NCBI GenBank assembly: GCA_965205425.1 | Contig: CBDBGZ010000009.1 | Location: 128,001-192,000 of the forward strand | Length of the DNA: 64,000 bases | Reading direction: 5' to 3' | Source of the DNA: Nitrosopumilus sp. | Lineage (GTDB): Archaea; Thermoproteota; Nitrososphaeria; Nitrososphaerales; Nitrosopumilaceae | Shown here: positions 59,885 through 64,000 of the stretch, piece by piece | How positions within the stretch are numbered: the stretch's first letter is position 1 | Layout: every line of letters begins with the position of its first letter | Made by a program: the position numbers and the translations under genes | Notes under the pieces: generated by a model | Databases searched by the model: none | What the model was told of the DNA's origin: nothing | The model's input: the letters and a program-made list of their open reading frames with translations, nothing else

Positions 59885-60825
59885 TTTTTAGATTCCTCAA
59901 GATTCCATCCGTGTAACTCATTATGACACTTTCGACATAGGGCGATCCCGTTGTTTTTGTTTAGCGAGAGTTTTGGTTGGATTGCCTTGTAGATTAAGTG
60001 ATGTGAGATTTCTGCTTTGGAATGACATATTTGGCACTTGTAATTGTGTAGTTTTTTGATGGTTGCAGACCATGATTGGAGGGCATAGCGGTATTCAGTA
60101 GGAGGGAGTTTGAGGGGAAAGCCTAGTTTTTTGAGTTGGTTTAGATTGGATTTTAATATTTTCTCAGGATAGAGTTTTCTATATTTCTTCTTATATTTTT
60201 TAGCCGTATCTTTATGTTTTAAACGATATTGTTTAGCTCGTTTATCGCATGTCTCTTTATTTTTTTGGTAATGATCTTTTTTGGCTTTTTTAATTTTTTC
60301 CTTATTTTCTAATGCATATTGTTTCTTACCTTCTCTGATCTTTTCTTTATTCTTTAAACGATATTGTTTTCGTTGTTGTTTTACATTATCTATATTTGAA
60401 TGATAATATTGATTAGTTTTCTTTTTGATTTTTTCTTTATTTTTGTGATAGTGTTCTTTTTTCTGTTGTTTTATTTTCTTTTTATTATCTAACCTGTATT
60501 GTCTACTTTGTTTATTGAGAATTATTTTATTTTTTTGACGATATAATTTAGTCTTTATTGAAATCTTTTCTTTATTCTTTTGTACATATTGTTTATTGAT
60601 TTGTTTGATTTTTTCTTTATTGTGTATACGATATTGTTTGTTATGTTTTAATATTTTTACTCTGTTTTTCTGATAATGTCTTTTTTTCTGTTTTCTAATT
60701 TTTTCTTTATTTCTTTTTCTATATTGTTTAGCTTGTTGTGCTATTTTTATTTTATTATTTTCATAATATTTCTTATCATATTTCCTTTGATTTTCTTTCT
60801 CTTCTTTTGATTTCTTTTTTGCCAT
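59839..60825 (-). CDS. HNH endonuclease with long Lys-rich helical repeat
   Basis: Many KQYRxxNKEKI units, then CQIC..SHH..NGIALCRKCHNELH. Confidence 0.85.
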   Translation of the reverse strand: MAKKKSKEEKENQRKYDKKYYENNKIKIAQQAKQYRKRNKEKIRKQKKRHYQKNRVKILKHNKQYRIHNKEKIKQINKQYVQKNKEKISIKTKLYRQKNKIILNKQSRQYRLDNKKKIKQQKKEHYHKNKEKIKKKTNQYYHSNIDNVKQQRKQYRLKNKEKIREGKKQYALENKEKIKKAKKDHYQKNKETCDKRAKQYRLKHKDTAKKYKKKYRKLYPEKILKSNLNQLKKLGFPLKLPPTEYRYALQSWSATIKKLHNYKCQICHSKAEISHHLIYKAIQPKLSLNKNNGIALCRKCHNELHGWNLEESKKWKKKKQKKPNKKKR

Positions 60826-60830
60826 TTCTA

Positions 60831-60923
60831 TTATTCTAATATTTGTCTACACATTTTACAAAAAATAGAATCATCCTCATCAATCTCATTTTCAAATCCA
60901 CAACGAGAACAGATAACTATCAA
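60831..60923 (-). CDS. micro zinc-ribbon protein (30 aa)
   Basis: CSRCGFEN..FCKMC. Confidence 0.55.
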   Translation of the reverse strand: MIVICSRCGFENEIDEDDSIFCKMCRQILE

Positions 60924-61075
60924 GAATAATACCTCTCAATTTCCTTGTTGCAGGTAACACATTGAACAATTACAATATCAGTAGATGGGATTTTGAATTC
61001 AGATGTTGATTCGTGTTTGCAAAATCCAGTTCTTAGATATAGGACTTGATCCTGTGTGTAATCTTTTTTAGGCAT
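60920..61075 (-). CDS. small zinc-binding protein (51 aa)
   Basis: CKH..CVTC; overlaps the next ORF. Confidence 0.55.
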   Translation of the reverse strand: MPKKDYTQDQVLYLRTGFCKHESTSEFKIPSTDIVIVQCVTCNKEIERYYS

Positions 61076-61080
61076 TATAG

Positions 61081-61177
61081 TTTAGAGTTATTGAGGGCTC
61101 AGAGGGTCACGGCTTCATCATATTGAAGTCAGAAATCACGCTTCCCGATTCTCATCATTGCCCTCAATTATTCTAAA
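61081..61177 (-). ncRNA. box C/D guide sRNA
   Basis: Stem-A-AUGAUGA(C)-19 nt-CUGA(D')-7 nt-AUGAUGA(C')-12 nt-CUGA(D)-stem; perfect 9-bp terminal stem AUUGAGGGC/GCCCUCAAU. Confidence 0.85.
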
Positions 61178-61252
61178 TTTTCACCTCCAGTTTAGGCCAG
61201 CAAACGTTTTGATTTTGTATTGACTGTGTGGTTTTAGTTTGCATAGTTATAA

Positions 61253-61314
61253 TAGGGCCCTACTTTAATATTAATGTTTAGGGCCCTATACAGTTAAATA
61301 TAACTAGGGCCCTA
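61253..61314. promoter_or_regulatory. three TAGGGCCCTA palindromes at 26-bp period in a divergent promoter
   Basis: Copies at 61253, 61279, 61305; AT-rich TATA-like 16-bp spacers. Confidence 0.8.
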
Positions 61315-61325
61315 TATCAAATCTA

Positions 61326-61490
61326 ATGATGCGAATATTAAAAAAAATAAATCGAACAGTTGGTGATAAACAATACTACAAATATCTAATTCCTGTTCCT
61401 AAAGAGATAATTGAAGATATGGGATGGTCAGAACTAACAAATGTTGATTTTAGGATAAAAGGAAAAATGCTCATCATTGAAAGAGAATGA
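61326..61490 (+). CDS. AbrB/SpoVT-like DNA-binding protein (54 aa)
   Basis: YYKYLIPVPKEIIEDMGW..VDFRIKGKMLIIE; ATGA overlap with CAP gene 2. Confidence 0.75.
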   Translation: MMRILKKINRTVGDKQYYKYLIPVPKEIIEDMGWSELTNVDFRIKGKMLIIERE

Positions 61491-62086
61491 ATTATTATCT
61501 CCTAGCGATTCCAGCTATTGTTTTTCTTTTTGCTTTTGCAGTTTTTAGAGATGTTGAACAATCTGATCCAACACTTGAACAATACATATCACTAGAACAC
61601 AGACCTAATTATGACTTGAAAAATATAGAAAAATTGTTAGTAGAATATACAAATGAAAAAAGAATCAAACATGGAGTACAACCATTAGAGATTGACAATC
61701 AATTATACCTTCTTGCAAAAGAAAGAAGTCATGATATGGTAACAGGCAATTATTTTGATCATGTGAATTTGGATGGTTTGACTGTACAAGATATTGCAAT
61801 CAATACAGGATACAAGTGTGAAAAAGAATATGAAGGAATATCTTATGACGGTGTATCTGAAAACATCGCATTAAGACCACTTTCAAAATCATACATAATT
61901 GAAAATGAAATAAAATTATATGACTGGCATACAAATGAAAAATTGTTTGCAGAATTGAGTATTAATTCCGTAATGGATTCAACGGAACATAAAGAAAATA
62001 TGTTACATCCAGTTAATACTAAAATAGGGATTGGAATAGCAATTAATTCTGAGAATAAATTATATCAAACACAATTATTCTGCTAG
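61487..62086 (+). CDS. CAP/SCP domain protein 2, membrane-anchored
   Basis: TNEKR, RSHDM..YFDH, SENI, DSTEHKENML, IGIGI. Confidence 0.88.
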   Translation: MNYYLLAIPAIVFLFAFAVFRDVEQSDPTLEQYISLEHRPNYDLKNIEKLLVEYTNEKRIKHGVQPLEIDNQLYLLAKERSHDMVTGNYFDHVNLDGLTVQDIAINTGYKCEKEYEGISYDGVSENIALRPLSKSYIIENEIKLYDWHTNEKLFAELSINSVMDSTEHKENMLHPVNTKIGIGIAINSENKLYQTQLFC

Positions 62087-62709
62087 TAATCCATCATACC
62101 TTTGAATCCAAAAGGATCATCATCACTCTTTTTCTTTCTTCTTTTTGATTTGGTTCCACTGCTTCCATAATCAAGTAATCCCTTAAACACAAAATCATCA
62201 TTGCTTTTCTTTTTACGTATGGTGGTTTTTGTATCGCTTCCATAATCTATCAATCCACTAAAACCAAAACTATTCTTTTTCTTTTCTCTCTTTGTAGTTG
62301 TCTTTCTCTTTCTCGTTTTCTTTTTTGGTTTCTCAGGTTCCATAAATCCAAAAAATCCACCTGAATCTTTCTTTGTTTTTCTCTTGGGCTTTGAATCTCC
62401 AAAAATTGAATCAGTTAATACAAACGGATCATTTTTCTCACGTTGCTTTCTTACTCTGATTTTTGTCTGTCTTTTTGTTTTGTTTCTGTGACAGTCAAGA
62501 CATAATGCTTGAAGATTTCCTATTGAGTTGTTACTAGGATCACCATCTCTATGATCAACATCATAATGTATTCCTCCTCTGCCTATCGGCTTGGAACAGT
62601 GATTGCATAGTTCTCTTTGACCTCGTGCTATTTTTTCTCGATTTGATTTTCCAACGTTCTTTCTCTTTGGTCTTAGTTTTTCTGTGAATCCATCAAAGAA
62701 GCCTGTCAA
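62083..62709 (-). CDS. HNH endonuclease with Lys-rich tail carrying three G[LM][LIM]DY motifs
   Basis: CNHC..VDHRDGDPSNNSIGNLQALCLDCH. Confidence 0.88.
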   Translation of the reverse strand: MTGFFDGFTEKLRPKRKNVGKSNREKIARGQRELCNHCSKPIGRGGIHYDVDHRDGDPSNNSIGNLQALCLDCHRNKTKRQTKIRVRKQREKNDPFVLTDSIFGDSKPKRKTKKDSGGFFGFMEPEKPKKKTRKRKTTTKREKKKNSFGFSGLIDYGSDTKTTIRKKKSNDDFVFKGLLDYGSSGTKSKRRKKKSDDDPFGFKGMMDY

Positions 62710-62779
62710 ACGATCTGATCATGAAAAAGGTAAAATAAAAAAGATCATAGATCGCTATTTTTACAAATATCTAATTTGC

Positions 62780-64000
62780 CTAAAAATCCCAAAATCCTTT
62801 TTTCTTGGATTTTTTAGTTATTGTTTTCTTTTTTTTCTTTTTTACTGGTTTATCATAATCCATCATTCCAGTTATGTTTGATTTTTTCTTCCCTCTCTTT
62901 TTGGTTGCAGAATAATAATCATCAATAGGTTGAGAACTGAAAACAGATTTACCTACTTGTGATTTTTCGAATACACCACGAATAGCATGTGCCTCATAGA
63001 TTTTTTTAGGTCTACCTCCACCACCTCCGAAATAACCAAATCCACTACCATATTTTCTAAATGCAAATCTTTGTCTTTTACGTTGTTTTGGTGTTGTAGT
63101 TGTTTTTGTTGTAGGTGGTCGATATACAGGAACAAAAACAGGATCTTCAACAGGAGGATCATCAATTATAGGATCTGTTATCTGTGTAGGTGGGTGATCC
63201 CAAAACAAAGTTACAAATCCTTGGTCCTGATCTTGTTTTGGTTTGGTTCCTTGTTTTGAATCCGGTTTTTTCTTGAGAGGATTATCAATTAACGGTTCTA
63301 ATATTGGTCTAACTTTCTGCTTTGGTTTTGTTTTTCTTCCAACTGCCATAATACTTAACATACCTCCAACCTTAACACCAGGCTTTACACCACTTTTCAA
63401 TTTACTTTTACTTCCTGTCTTTGCACCTTTTCTCACAGTTTTACTAACTTGTTTGGTAACCTGTCCGTTCTTTCCAGTGTTCCAAAAGTCTTTTAGTTTC
63501 TGTGTTTGATTTTTTACAGTCTTTCCAGTTTGCTTTGCTGCATTTTGTTGTACCCATTTAGGTTGAGTTTTTTGTTTAGTAGATTGTTTAGTAGATTGTT
63601 TGGTTTTATTTTTTTGTATCAACTGCTGCTTTCCTGATTTGACAACTTTTCCAAATCCTGATGATTCACCTAATGCTGCTCTACTGTTTTTGTGTGGTTG
63701 CTTTACTTTGGCATCTTTTCCCAATTTTAAAATTCTGTCTGAGACCTTTTTGTTATTTGCCATAATTTTTTTAACAGCATTACCCTTTGCAGTTTTTACA
63801 ACACCTTTGCCAAATATTTCTGAAATAGTTCTAGGTTCTAAATCAATTCCTTTTGGAATTTCTTTTGATGTAATGTTTCCAGTTTTTCTAATTAGTAGAT
63901 TAGGGTTTACTTTGTAAGATTCAGCCTTGCTAGTTCTGATACGATTTTTGTCAATTTTAGGAACCTTGCTTGTAGCTCGTGCATAACTTATAGGATCACC
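62780..64000 (-). CDS. C-terminal part of a large Lys/Gln/Thr/Pro-rich protein; 5' end outside the window
   Basis: Frame stays open from 63763 to the window edge (GDPISYARATSK...KKIMANNKK); ends GMMDY..KKKGFWDF. Confidence 0.8.
   Translation of the reverse strand, partial: GDPISYARATSKVPKIDKNRIRTSKAESYKVNPNLLIRKTGNITSKEIPKGIDLEPRTISEIFGKGVVKTAKGNAVKKIMANNKKVSDRILKLGKDAKVKQPHKNSRAALGESSGFGKVVKSGKQQLIQKNKTKQSTKQSTKQKTQPKWVQQNAAKQTGKTVKNQTQKLKDFWNTGKNGQVTKQVSKTVRKGAKTGSKSKLKSGVKPGVKVGGMLSIMAVGRKTKPKQKVRPILEPLIDNPLKKKPDSKQGTKPKQDQDQGFVTLFWDHPPTQITDPIIDDPPVEDPVFVPVYRPPTTKTTTTPKQRKRQRFAFRKYGSGFGYFGGGGGRPKKIYEAHAIRGVFEKSQVGKSVFSSQPIDDYYSATKKRGKKKSNITGMMDYDKPVKKKKKKTITKKSKKKGFWDF

Larger units (their letters stand above)
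48445..64000. mobile_element. integrated provirus/virus-like element, left part; continues beyond the window
   Basis: Truncated host gene at the edge; dense overlapping small minus-strand ORFs; tyrosine recombinase, Dam, HNH x2, AbrB. Exact att site not determinable. Confidence 0.8.

Noticed and set aside
60979..60990. CAGTAGATGGGA matching the ISH3 terminal repeat
   Set aside because: Only 12 bp, inside a small ORF, with no partner end or target duplication
61103..61114. D guide targeting the 23S rRNA AAGGGU..GGCUG region near the A-loop
   Set aside because: Spacing differs from the sequence as I recall it, and host rRNA is not in the window; left unassigned
61253..61314. Regularly spaced palindromes as a mini-CRISPR
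   Set aside because: 10-bp repeats and 16-bp spacers are too short; position fits operators
48445..64000. Assignment of the element to a named virus family
   Set aside because: No capsid, portal, terminase or polymerase gene recognisable in the window

Overview
AT-rich archaeal DNA whose gene content points to a Nitrosopumilus-like thaumarchaeon (cofG/cofH, PAC2, elp3, class I lysS, aspS, V-ATPase F, ilvB-ilvH-leuA-leuB). Positions 1-48.4 kb are host chromosome with six IS elements: three near-identical IS481 copies, a second IS481, an ISH3-type element and a decayed IS630. This part also has a split glyoxalase gene and a deletion scar. From about 48.45 kb to the window end lies the left part of an integrated virus-like element that appears to have inserted inside a metallophosphoesterase gene. 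It carries a tyrosine recombinase, a phage-type Dam methylase, two HNH nucleases, a PD-(D/E)xK nuclease, two CAP proteins, an AbrB-like regulator, many micro zinc-finger ORFs and a seventh IS (IS630). No capsid or terminase gene is recognisable in the window. Three unannotated signals stand out. (1) A complete four-box C/D guide sRNA lies inside the element (61081-61177, minus). (2) A 17-codon Ile/Leu/Val-rich leader ORF with alternative RNA pairings precedes the branched-chain amino acid operon (42204-42257), resembling attenuation. (3) A G[LM][LIM]D[YF] motif recurs six times in four otherwise unrelated Lys-rich element proteins. All calls were made by eye from motifs, with no database search.
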